From an uncultured Clostridium sp. (GTDB lineage Bacteria; Bacillota; Clostridia; Christensenellales; CAG-138), in contig CAZARN010000006.1 of assembly GCA_964487565.1 (NCBI GenBank), forward strand, positions 43,345 through 107,344: a stretch of 64,000 nt of DNA, written 5' to 3'. The translations under genes and the position numbers were made by a program. The notes under the pieces are model-generated. The model worked only from the letters and a program-made list of their open reading frames with translations, searched no databases and was not told the origin of the DNA. Of this stretch, positions 35,501 through 44,801 are shown in pieces (the stretch's first letter is position 1; every line of letters begins with the position of its first letter).

Positions 35501-36820
35501 TCACTTTTCGCCGATAAGATCCCACACCGTGCCGGTGAAGGCCTCAACGCCGTTCACGAGTACGTTTTCGTCAAAATCGAAGCGGTCGTTATGGTTGGGC
35601 GCCGGGCAGTCGGTGAGCAAGCCGAAATAGGTTGCCTCGCCACCGCGCTTCTGCACGCGCTCGGACATATATGCAAAATCCTCGCTTCCGCCGCCAAACG
35701 CAGGTACCTGAAGCGTTTTCATACCAAGCCCGCCGCCGCAAACATCCAGCACCCGTTTTGAAAGGGCCCATGTGCACTCGAGCGCTGCGGCAGAACCCAT
35801 GCGGGCAACCTCGCAGCCGCACTCATGCATATGCGCGGCGCTTTCCGCGATACGCAGCGCATATTGTTCCATATAATCGTTGGCCTCGCTCGTCTGTCCG
35901 CGCACCTCAACCTCAAGCAGCGCCTTTTCGCAGACGACGTTGCGTCCGGTGCCGGCCGTCAGCCTGCCGACGTTGACCTGTGTCGGCACAGCGCCAAAGC
36001 GCGGTATGGCGTGGATGTTGAGGACAGCCGTCGCCGCTGCGAGCATCGCGTTCCGGCCAAGCTGCGGGGCGACGCCCGCGTGGGCGGAACGCCCGCTGAA
36101 GGTTATGTCGAGCTTTGATGTCGCAAGCAGGCCGCTGCTTCCACCCTCGCGGATCACCGCGACGTCGACGCCCGCCGCCTTGCCGGCCGGGAATATATGG
36201 CCTGCGAGGACATAATCCACCCCGTCAAGATGTCCCTTACTGACGACGGATTTTGCCCCGCGCACGCCCTCCTCCGCAGGCTGGAATATGAGCTTTACCG
36301 TTCCGTGCAGGCGATCCCTGTATTTTATCAAAAGCTCCGCGACGCCAAGTCCGATCGCCGCGTGGCCGTCGTGTCCGCAGGCGTGCATCACGCCTGGCGT
36401 GAGCGAAGCGAAGCCATCCGCCGTCGGCTTGTGCGCGCTCTGCGCGCACTCAAGCACGCCCAGCGCGTCAATATCGAAACGCAAGGCCACGGTGGGCCCG
36501 CTTCCGCATTCGAGGATCCCGACCGCGCCCGTAAAGCCGCCGCGCATCGCGGGAAGATAATCCATATCTGCGCCGTTTTGCGCGGCCCATTGATAATGCG
36601 CCTCCATCTCCGCCTGCGTGGGCAGCCCCATGCGGGAGTCCGCGTCGCACACATCCTGCCCGTAAAGCACCTTATAGCCAAGCTCAGCGAGTTTTTTTGC
36701 GATCAGCGACGAGGTGCGCATCTCAAGCCAGCCAGGCTCCGCATGACGGTGCAGGTCGCGTCGCCTTTGGCACAGCGCTGAGCGCATACCCTCTGCTTCC
36801 GCCTTGATCGTGTCGTACAT
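35501..36820 (-). CDS. M20D family amidohydrolase (N-acyl-amino-acid / aminobenzoyl-glutamate hydrolase-like)
   Basis: 439 aa. Motifs VMHACGHDGH and FQPAEEG are typical of M20D. Confidence 0.85.
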   Translation of the reverse strand: MYDTIKAEAEGMRSALCQRRRDLHRHAEPGWLEMRTSSLIAKKLAELGYKVLYGQDVCDADSRMGLPTQAEMEAHYQWAAQNGADMDYLPAMRGGFTGAVGILECGSGPTVALRFDIDALGVLECAQSAHKPTADGFASLTPGVMHACGHDGHAAIGLGVAELLIKYRDRLHGTVKLIFQPAEEGVRGAKSVVSKGHLDGVDYVLAGHIFPAGKAAGVDVAVIREGGSSGLLATSKLDITFSGRSAHAGVAPQLGRNAMLAAATAVLNIHAIPRFGAVPTQVNVGRLTAGTGRNVVCEKALLEVEVRGQTSEANDYMEQYALRIAESAAHMHECGCEVARMGSAAALECTWALSKRVLDVCGGGLGMKTLQVPAFGGGSEDFAYMSERVQKRGGEATYFGLLTDCPAPNHNDRFDFDENVLVNGVEAFTGTVWDLIGEK

Positions 36821-36889
36821 AATAGTCTCCTGTCTGCCGCCCGTACAGGCGGCCCGTTCCGCGTTGACAAGGGAGCCGCAAACGCCCTT

Positions 36890-38248
36890 TTATGCCGGGA
36901 ACGCCGGGAAAATCGTCATCACCCAAAGCACGTTGAGCACACACATGCACAGCGCCGGCAGCCAACTCATCTTAAACATCGTTTTCTGGTCATATCCGCC
37001 TATGCCCATGAACATCGCAACGGAAGGCGTTGCCAGCGGCGTCATGAACGCGGTGAGCGAGCCGATGCAGACAAGCAGCGTGGGCCCGAGCGGACTTGCG
37101 CCTATGGCCGAGCAGGTAAGGATCGCGATGGGACAGAATATGTTGAGTACCGCCCAATTCATCATCACCTGCGTGAGCAGGAACGGCGCCAGGAAGAACA
37201 CGAAGCCCAACACATACCCGTTGGCGTTCGCGCCGAAGAGGCTCGCTATCGCGTTGCCGACAAGGCTGCCGGCGCCGGTGTTGGTGAGGCCCGTGGCAAG
37301 CGCCAGCACGCCCACATAAAGCAGCACCATCCCGCCGAGGCCGATCGAACCGTATGCCTCGCGCGGTTTGAGGATGCCGGCGGCGACCATGATAATCGCG
37401 CCGAGCAGCGGGAACACGCATGTGTCTATCGCCGTCATGGTGACGGTTCCGTCGTCACCCTGCACGGGAACCTTTATCAGCCTCATGCTCGTGAGTATAA
37501 GCCCCAGCACCACGCCGAAGAACACAACGTAGCCCGTGATCTCCTGCCCGCGCTTGAGCACGGGCGCTTCAGCGCCGGCCTGCACGCCGACGGGCTTAAC
37601 ATCCGCAACGGCAATCACCGGCTTGTCGGGTGCGAAACGGGGAGCAATGAATATCGCATACAGCACCATGAAGATAAGCGCAGGCATACGGCCGACGCAG
37701 ATATCCCAGAAGTTATAGGAATATTCCGTCACGCCCAGACTTGCAAAAATGCCGTTATACTGCGCCGGATACGCCGCGCCCGCCCCAAAAGGCAGCGTGG
37801 TCACGGTTGCAATGGCAACGATGCCGATTGAAAACATCATCTTTGAGGGGCTAACTTCCATCTCCCTGCACACGCCGACAGCCAGCGGGAACACGATGCT
37901 GAACACCGCCATTGCGCTTGGCACGATCTGTGCGATAAGGCAGGTGACAAGCACATATCCGGCGAGCACCTTTGTGAATGAGCCTTTGCTCACCCTCGCG
38001 ACAAGTTTTGAAAGCCTTGTTACCATCTGCGTCTTTGAGAAGCCGGCAGAAATGACGAACATGCTCGCCATTATGATGGTATTTGAATTCGAGAAGCCCG
38101 CCAATGCTTCGGAAGCCGTGATACACCCCGTAAGCATCAACAGTATCATTGCGATAAGCGCCGTCACAGCCATCGATATCTTCCCCCAGAGGAAGCTTGC
38201 GATGGTGAGGGCGAAAATCACGAGACAGATAATAAGTTGAGCGTCCAT
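36890..38248 (-). CDS. ion-transporter-superfamily permease (SLC13 / ArsB-NhaD / CitMHS-like)
   Basis: 452 aa polytopic protein. N-terminus IICLVIFALTIASFLWGKISMAVTALIAMILLMLTG resembles this permease class. The exact family is not resolved by eye. Confidence 0.65.
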   Translation of the reverse strand: MDAQLIICLVIFALTIASFLWGKISMAVTALIAMILLMLTGCITASEALAGFSNSNTIIMASMFVISAGFSKTQMVTRLSKLVARVSKGSFTKVLAGYVLVTCLIAQIVPSAMAVFSIVFPLAVGVCREMEVSPSKMMFSIGIVAIATVTTLPFGAGAAYPAQYNGIFASLGVTEYSYNFWDICVGRMPALIFMVLYAIFIAPRFAPDKPVIAVADVKPVGVQAGAEAPVLKRGQEITGYVVFFGVVLGLILTSMRLIKVPVQGDDGTVTMTAIDTCVFPLLGAIIMVAAGILKPREAYGSIGLGGMVLLYVGVLALATGLTNTGAGSLVGNAIASLFGANANGYVLGFVFFLAPFLLTQVMMNWAVLNIFCPIAILTCSAIGASPLGPTLLVCIGSLTAFMTPLATPSVAMFMGIGGYDQKTMFKMSWLPALCMCVLNVLWVMTIFPAFPA

Positions 38249-38639
38249 TACTTTCGATCCTTTCCCACATATTCAGTTTTGTTCGTTTCTGTTCCGTCGC
38301 GTCAAAAAAGTGTTTGCGGCTCTTTATGTTAACGCTGTCCAATAGAGTATATTTATGTTATCATTAATCAGAACCGATTTGTAATTCCGGTTTTTTATAC
38401 TGGTATAACGCTTTTCTTTGGCGTGTTTCAACAGCTCGCGCGTCCCCGAATCAGGCGGGCGCCCCTTGCGTTAAGCGCCAAGGTCCAAACGTATCAAGCC
38501 GCGCGCGCGGACGCCGGCACCGTTTGCCGGGGCGCCGCTTACGGCTGTTATAACCTTTGATATACACGGTATGCTTATGCGAAAGCTCCGCCTGATTTCA
38601 TGGCTCCGCCGGTGCTTTTCGCGGAAAGGCGATGATAAA

Positions 38640-39569
38640 ATGAATGTATCGCAGCTCACGGTGGCGCTCGAGGTGGCAAAGGCCGGCTCGATATCGCGCG
38701 CGGCGGAAACGCTTTATCTTTCGCAGCCGCACGCGAGCAGCGTGCTCCGCTCGCTTGAGCAGGAGCTTGGCTACGCCATTTTCAGGCGCACGAGCACGGG
38801 CGTACTGCTCACGGAGCAGGGGGAGCGCTTTTTGCCGCACGCAAAACGCATTTTGAACGAATTCGGCGCGCTAAAGGCGCTTGAGGGAGAATCCGTCGCG
38901 CGCCGTCTTAACCTTGGCGTGATGAGCTATGCGCCAATGGTCGAGGCGTTCATTCGCCTTGCGACGGAGTATTCAAGCGAGCCGCGCGCGGAGCTTTCCT
39001 GCGTGAACATTGCCCCCGATGACGGCTTTGCTGCCCTTAGGCGCAGCGATCTTGACGTGTTCGCGGCGCTCATTTCGCCTGACGCGCTTGACATGACCGC
39101 CCATGCCGCCTCAAACAGCGCGCTTGACATGTTGCACATCGGCAACGTAACGCTCAACATCAATCTGCGCGAAGGTCACCCGCTTGTGCAAAGCGGCGCT
39201 TTTTCAAATTCGCGCACCGATCTTTCGGCCCTCAAGGATTTTCCTTATGTCGGCTATTCGAGCCTGCCAAAGCTCGTTGAAACGGCAAGCATTCTCGCGG
39301 ACACTGTGATCAATTGCAAATACCGCATCGCCATCGACGAGCGGGACACGCGCTGCCGCATCGTCTCAATGACGGACGCGTTCTCAATCGGCTGCCGCAT
39401 GCCGTCCGCCCTCATCGAGCGCTACAGGCTTGCCACATTTCCCATATCGGATGAATTCACGGGGCTGTATCTTTTCGTTCGAAGGGGCGAGGCCGCCAAT
39501 CCTGAGATCGCGCGCTATATCGAGCTCATCACGCAGGAGGTTGCAAGCTGCCTCGCGCCCAAAGCATAG
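38640..39569 (+). CDS. LysR family transcriptional regulator
   Basis: HTH LTVALEVAKAGSISRAAETLYLSQPHASSVLRSLEQELG. Start set at the ATG at 38640 (MNVSQL). Confidence 0.8.
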   Translation: MNVSQLTVALEVAKAGSISRAAETLYLSQPHASSVLRSLEQELGYAIFRRTSTGVLLTEQGERFLPHAKRILNEFGALKALEGESVARRLNLGVMSYAPMVEAFIRLATEYSSEPRAELSCVNIAPDDGFAALRRSDLDVFAALISPDALDMTAHAASNSALDMLHIGNVTLNINLREGHPLVQSGAFSNSRTDLSALKDFPYVGYSSLPKLVETASILADTVINCKYRIAIDERDTRCRIVSMTDAFSIGCRMPSALIERYRLATFPISDEFTGLYLFVRRGEAANPEIARYIELITQEVASCLAPKA

Positions 39570-39718
39570 CGTGTCCGCTCGTTTCATCCCGCGCGACGCT
39601 CGGCGTAAGCTTATGTGCGCCGCTTCCGTCGGCAGGCGACATGCCGGCTTCAACATGCTTTTATGGCAATCGGCGGCGATATATGTTATCTTGTAAGCAA
39701 GCTAAAGCGGAGGTAATC

Positions 39719-40453
39719 ATGGCTGAAACAGTGTTTATTACGGGAGCTTCCCGCGGAATAGGCCGCGCTGCCGCAAAAGCGTTCGGCATGGCGGGATACA
39801 GGGTTGCCGTGGGCTGTAATATAAACCGCGACGCCGCCCGGGAATTGATCGCGCAATTTGCATCCGCAGGCGTCATGGCAGAAATCGTCGAGGGTGACGT
39901 GGCGGATGAAAACAGCGTGCGCGATATGGTGAATCAAGCGCAGCGTGCGCTCGGACACATAAGTGTGCTGATAAACAACGCAGGAGTCTCTTGCGACGCT
40001 CTTTTCACGGATACAACGCCTGACATGTGGCAGCGAACTTTTGATGTGAACGCTCGCGGTGCGTATAACACATGCCGCGCGGTTCTTCCCGATATGATAA
40101 GCCGCGGCCGCGGCTCGATCATCAATGTTTCCTCCGTGTGGGGCGTTTACGGCGGCGCGTGCGAGGCGGCATATTCCGCTTCAAAAGCCGCGCTGATAGG
40201 CCTCACAAAAGCGCTTGCCAGGGAAACCGGGCCGTCGGGTATTCGCGTCAACTGTATCGCGCCCGGCGTTATAGATACGGACATGCTCAAAAGACTTTCC
40301 CAAAACGACAGGAACATGCTTGTCGAAAGGACGCCGCTTTGCCGCCTGGGCACGCCTGAAGACGTTGCCGGCGTTATGTTGTTTCTCGCTTCCCCCGCCG
40401 CGGCTTTTATAACAGGACAGGTAATCGGCGTCGACGGTGGATTCATCGGCTGA
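39719..40453 (+). CDS. SDR family oxidoreductase (FabG-like)
   Basis: Motifs TGASRGIG, NNAG, YSASKAAL. Start at the ATG at 39719, after a GGAGGT RBS. Confidence 0.85.
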   Translation: MAETVFITGASRGIGRAAAKAFGMAGYRVAVGCNINRDAARELIAQFASAGVMAEIVEGDVADENSVRDMVNQAQRALGHISVLINNAGVSCDALFTDTTPDMWQRTFDVNARGAYNTCRAVLPDMISRGRGSIINVSSVWGVYGGACEAAYSASKAALIGLTKALARETGPSGIRVNCIAPGVIDTDMLKRLSQNDRNMLVERTPLCRLGTPEDVAGVMLFLASPAAAFITGQVIGVDGGFIG

Positions 40454-40467
40454 AAGGCAGGCAAAAT

Positions 40468-41736
40468 ATGAAGCTTAAAAAGCGCATTTGGGCGACTCTC
40501 ATTCTCATCGGCCTTATCGGGCAATTTGCATGGACGATCGAGAACATGTATTTCAACGTATATCTTTATAACACGATATCGCAGGATACCACGGCAATCG
40601 CCGTTATGGTTGCCGCAAGCGCCGCAGCAGCAACGCTGACAACGCTCGTTATGGGGGCGTTGTCGGACAAGCTTGCAAAGCGCAAGGTTTTCATTTGTGC
40701 CGGATATATTCTTTGGGGCATATCAACGCTTTCGTTCGGATTCATAAGCGTTGAAAACATGGCATCCTGGTTCCCGGCGGCAAACGCAGTCGCGCTTGCA
40801 TCGGGATCTGTGGTCGCTATGGATTGCGTGATGACTTTCTTCGGCTCAACCGCAAACGACGCGGCTTTTAACGCCTATATAACCGACGTAACTGATGAAT
40901 CAAACCGCGGGCGCGCAGAAAGCGTGCTTGCAACGCTCCCGCTCATATCCATGCTCGTCATATTCGGCCTTTTTGACGGAATGACGCAGAATGGCCGCTG
41001 GAAGGAGTTTTTTCTGATCTTCGGCATTATGGTGATCCTTACCGGCATAACAGGCATATTTCTCATCAGGGAGCCTCAGCTCAAAAAGCACGATGAACGT
41101 TACTTTTCCAACATAATATACGGCTTCCGTCCACTGGTGATAAAGCAAAACGGAGCGCTTTACACAGCGCTGGCCGCTTTCGGCATATTTTCAGTTGCGG
41201 TTCAGGTGTTTTTCCCGTATCTGATCATATACCTGCAAAATTATCTTCATATTGACGCATACGCCGTCGTACTCGGTATAGTTCTCATATTCGCCTCTGC
41301 GGTCAGCGTGCTCTCGGGCGGACTTATGGACAAGCTCGGAAGACTGAACTGCGTGCTTCCCGCCGCCGGCATAATGCTCGCCGGGCTCGTCCTCATGTTC
41401 TTTGCCCGTTCCGCAGTTTTCGTTACCGTTTCAGGCGCAATTATGATGAGCGGATATATGCTTGTCACCGCGGCTCTTTCGGCAACTGTGCGCGATCATA
41501 CGCCCGAGGGCAAAGTCGGCATGTTCCAGGGCATAAGAATGATATTCGCGGTGCTTCTCCCGATGGTTATCGGCCCGTTCATCGGTTCGGCCGTTATAAA
41601 GGGCAGCGGCGCAACATATACGGAGCTTGGAATCGTCAAGGATGTGCCGACGCCGTATATTTTCCTCGCTTCAGCCGCGGTGCTCCTGTTCACCGCAATT
41701 CCTGTCGCAATGCTCAGACGGAGGAAGAATACATGA
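40468..41736 (+). CDS. MFS transporter
   Basis: 422 aa with about 12 predicted TM segments. 4-nt overlap with the GH2 gene. Confidence 0.8.
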   Translation: MKLKKRIWATLILIGLIGQFAWTIENMYFNVYLYNTISQDTTAIAVMVAASAAAATLTTLVMGALSDKLAKRKVFICAGYILWGISTLSFGFISVENMASWFPAANAVALASGSVVAMDCVMTFFGSTANDAAFNAYITDVTDESNRGRAESVLATLPLISMLVIFGLFDGMTQNGRWKEFFLIFGIMVILTGITGIFLIREPQLKKHDERYFSNIIYGFRPLVIKQNGALYTALAAFGIFSVAVQVFFPYLIIYLQNYLHIDAYAVVLGIVLIFASAVSVLSGGLMDKLGRLNCVLPAAGIMLAGLVLMFFARSAVFVTVSGAIMMSGYMLVTAALSATVRDHTPEGKVGMFQGIRMIFAVLLPMVIGPFIGSAVIKGSGATYTELGIVKDVPTPYIFLASAAVLLFTAIPVAMLRRRKNT

Positions 41737-43448
41737 AAACACGCTGGGGCAAGGCCCTTGACGAAAACAATGTTCTGCCCGAGTATCCGCGTCCCCAGAT
41801 GCGACGCGAAAGCTATATTCCGCTGAACGGTATTTGGCGGTATGCAATAACACTCACGCATGACGCTCCCGAAAAACCGGACGGAAACATAATCGTTCCG
41901 TTTTCGCCCGAATGCGAACTTTCAGGTGTTTCGCGCGCGCTCAAACCAGAGGAAACGCTTTGGTATATGCGCGAATTTACAATGCCTGAAAACTGGCAGC
42001 AGGGTCGCGCGCTTATTCACTTCGGCGCCGTGGATCAGACGGCGGAAGTGTATCTCAACGGGCATGAGCTGGGCCGTCATACAGGCGGTTTCACGGCGTT
42101 TTCCTTTGATATGACTTCATGTCTCAAGCAAAAGAACAGCATCGCCGTGCGTGTGACTGACAGCACCGATACTTCATATCACTCCCGCGGCAAACAAAAA
42201 ACGAAACGCGGCGGGATCTGGTATACCCCGCAAAGCGGTATCTGGCAAAGCGTATGGGCTGAGCTTGTGCCCGACAAATATATCGAATCGATCGATATCA
42301 TGCCGTGTTTTGATGAAAGCGCCGTGGAAATATCCGTTTGGACGAATTCCATCGAACCGCTGCCCTGCGTTATACGCACAGGCGATATCGTAGCGCACGG
42401 CGTGACCGGTGCCCCTGTCAGGATGAGCATTGAAGGCTTCACGCCGTGGAGCCCGGAAACGCCCAAGCTTTATGATCTTGAGATAAGTGCCGGCGACGAC
42501 CGCGTGTCAAGTTACTTCGCGATGCGCAAGTTCTCTGTTTCAAATGACGAAAAGGGCGTCCCCCGCCTTTTCCTCAATAACGCACCTTATTACAACAACG
42601 GAGTGCTCGATCAGGGTTACTGGCCTGACGGTCTGCTCACAGCGCCTTCCGATGAAGCCATGATAAACGATATACGGACAATGAAGCGCATGGGATTCAA
42701 TACGCTGAGAAAGCATATAAAGATCGAGCCTATGCGCTGGTATTATCACTGTGACAGACTTGGCATGCTGGTTTGGCAGGATATGCCAAACGGCGGCTCG
42801 TCATACAACCCTCTGACCGTCGGCGCGCCTGTACTGACCGGCAAGAATATGACGGACACTTCCGAGCATTACTCGCATTTCGGCCGTTCGGACGAAAAAG
42901 GTCGTTCTCAATACATACGCGAGCTCAACGAAATGATCGAACAGCTTCACAATTGCCCCTGCGTTTCCTTATGGGTGCCTTTCAACGAGGGCTGGGGCCA
43001 GTTTGACGCCGCGCGAATACGCGAGTACATACTTTCTCTCGATCCGACCCGTACAGTGGATCACGCAAGCGGCTGGCACGACCAGTATGTCGGTAACGTT
43101 CAAAGTCTCCATGTCTATTTCAAGCCGTACAAATTCACAAGCGACAGGCTCGGCAGGGCAGTGCTTCTTTCCGAATTCGGCGGATACAACCGTCGTATTG
43201 AAGGTCATTGCTTCAGCAGAAAGGATTTCGGCTACAGACGCTTCAAAAGTGACAACGAGCTTCTTTCTGCATTCGGAAAGCTTTATGAAACCGAAATTAT
43301 ACCTGCGAAGCAGGACGGTCTTGCCGCTTCTATATACACTCAGCTTTCAGATGTGGAGGATGAGCTCAACGGCCTTATGACATATGACCGCGAGATCGTG
43401 AAGCTTCCTGAAGATGAAGTCGCGAAGATCATGGAAAATCTGAAATGA
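41733..43448 (+). CDS. glycoside hydrolase family 2 protein
   Basis: 571 aa. Sugar-binding region FGAVDQTAEVYLNGHELGRHTGGFTAF, candidate acid/base PFNEGWG and nucleophile LSEFGG motifs. Confidence 0.8.
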   Translation: MKTRWGKALDENNVLPEYPRPQMRRESYIPLNGIWRYAITLTHDAPEKPDGNIIVPFSPECELSGVSRALKPEETLWYMREFTMPENWQQGRALIHFGAVDQTAEVYLNGHELGRHTGGFTAFSFDMTSCLKQKNSIAVRVTDSTDTSYHSRGKQKTKRGGIWYTPQSGIWQSVWAELVPDKYIESIDIMPCFDESAVEISVWTNSIEPLPCVIRTGDIVAHGVTGAPVRMSIEGFTPWSPETPKLYDLEISAGDDRVSSYFAMRKFSVSNDEKGVPRLFLNNAPYYNNGVLDQGYWPDGLLTAPSDEAMINDIRTMKRMGFNTLRKHIKIEPMRWYYHCDRLGMLVWQDMPNGGSSYNPLTVGAPVLTGKNMTDTSEHYSHFGRSDEKGRSQYIRELNEMIEQLHNCPCVSLWVPFNEGWGQFDAARIREYILSLDPTRTVDHASGWHDQYVGNVQSLHVYFKPYKFTSDRLGRAVLLSEFGGYNRRIEGHCFSRKDFGYRRFKSDNELLSAFGKLYETEIIPAKQDGLAASIYTQLSDVEDELNGLMTYDREIVKLPEDEVAKIMENLK

Positions 43449-43486
43449 CGCGCTCCGTCAATCGGCCTTTCGGCCGAACACGAGCG

Positions 43487-44707
43487 TTATTCTTTATTTG
43501 ATGAATCGTCATCAGTCATGACGGTTGTTGTGCATCGATTATCTTCACCGGACGGGGCCGAGGCAAGCCTTTCAACGATTTTCTTAAAGCTTTCATCATC
43601 CCTTGCAGCATCGAACCTGCTGTCCATATTCAGGAGCTTCAGCATATTCTTTGCAATTATCGACGACGCGCTCCGTATCTGTTCCGTATCCGGCTCATGG
43701 ATGAACAATGATATTCCGCCCGTCCGATCCGGTTCTTCAAACGGCTGCATGATTATATCAGTCAAACGACACAGCGCTTTTATTCCTTCCGGAACATTCC
43801 TTCTGCGAAGCTCAACGTTTGCTATGCGAAGATATGCAAGCGTAAGAAGATAACTGTTCCATTCGGTGCGGCAGTCATCTCGGTAAATGGCTTCGTATGC
43901 TCTTATAAATGAGTATGAGATTTCTATCTGTTCATCCGGTGTGAAAACGAACTCACCGTTTTTGTTTTTGAGCGATTGCAGCGTTGATGTAACGCCGAAC
44001 ATCATGTTGAAGCATGACGGGATACATTCCTGCGCCGCCGCACGAACGCTTTCCGTGTTGTTGAGCGCTTCAACAAGCGCAAGCTCACGCGATGCGTATG
44101 CAAGCGGAAGCTCGCCTGCATATTTCTTTACGTCGTCGTCGCGCTTGAGATATCCGTATAAATACACCCGCTCGAGTTTTGCCGATATCCTTTTATCCTC
44201 GTCTGCGCACTTCTCGACTATATGGTCCATTAAGCTTATCGCTTCTTCAAACATCGCGCGCCCGCCGCCGTTTTCCGCGAAGTTCTGTGTGATGCCGTAT
44301 TCTGAAAGCGCATGGCCGAGTTCCATTGTCAATTCGAAATCGCCGGGATATCGCTCAAGGCCTTCTCGCAGCACCTTGATCGATCGCATGAGAGCGCTGC
44401 GGTGTTCTTCGGCGTCCTTTGCGCTGTTGCTGCGGCTTTCGCCCATAGCGCGCGCGATTATCGCCTTTATCTGCCCATTCTTGCTGCGCGCATCAACTCC
44501 CAGCAGATAATCCGTTGTAACACCGAATATACCGGCGATCTCCGGTATCAGGGGAACGTCGGGCATCGTGGCTCCGTTCTCCCATCTGGAAACAGCCTGC
44601 GGCGATATGCCGAGTTTTTCCGCAAGCTTTTCCTGTGTCATAGGTGCGCTTTTATCCGTTCTGAGTTTTCTCAGGCGCAACCCGAAATTTTCAGCATAAT
44701 CGCTCAT
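43487..44707 (-). CDS. XRE-family HTH regulator with long helical (TPR-like) C-terminal domain
   Basis: N-terminal LRKLRTDKSAPMTQEKLAEKLGISPQAVSRWENG, followed by about 330 aa of helical repeat-like sequence. Confidence 0.75.
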   Translation of the reverse strand: MSDYAENFGLRLRKLRTDKSAPMTQEKLAEKLGISPQAVSRWENGATMPDVPLIPEIAGIFGVTTDYLLGVDARSKNGQIKAIIARAMGESRSNSAKDAEEHRSALMRSIKVLREGLERYPGDFELTMELGHALSEYGITQNFAENGGGRAMFEEAISLMDHIVEKCADEDKRISAKLERVYLYGYLKRDDDVKKYAGELPLAYASRELALVEALNNTESVRAAAQECIPSCFNMMFGVTSTLQSLKNKNGEFVFTPDEQIEISYSFIRAYEAIYRDDCRTEWNSYLLTLAYLRIANVELRRRNVPEGIKALCRLTDIIMQPFEEPDRTGGISLFIHEPDTEQIRSASSIIAKNMLKLLNMDSRFDAARDDESFKKIVERLASAPSGEDNRCTTTVMTDDDSSNKE

Positions 44708-44742
44708 CTGCAGCCTCCATTCCCCAATAGTTCAGTATCTAT

Positions 44743-44771
44743 ATTTTATAATGGGCGTATAGATTTTGCAA
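44743..44771 (-). promoter_or_regulatory. sigma-A-type promoter of the XRE-TPR regulator gene
   Basis: Minus strand TTGCAA -17 nt- TAAAAT. A 7-bp inverted repeat ATCTATA / TATAGAT (44737-44764) spans the spacer and the -10. Confidence 0.5.
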
Positions 44772-44801
44772 CAGATACAGGGCAAATATGCTTGATCAAC
44801 T

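Noticed and set aside
38471-38659. 62-aa minus-strand ORF in the long intergenic region
   Set aside because: It has no RBS, is Arg-rich and low-complexity, and overlaps the LysR gene start on the other strand.
43449-43486. Search for a small signalling-peptide gene next to the XRE-TPR regulator (also 44708-44801)
   Set aside because: The gaps of 38 nt and 94 nt contain only a weak hairpin and a promoter. No start codon with an RBS gives a plausible exported peptide.
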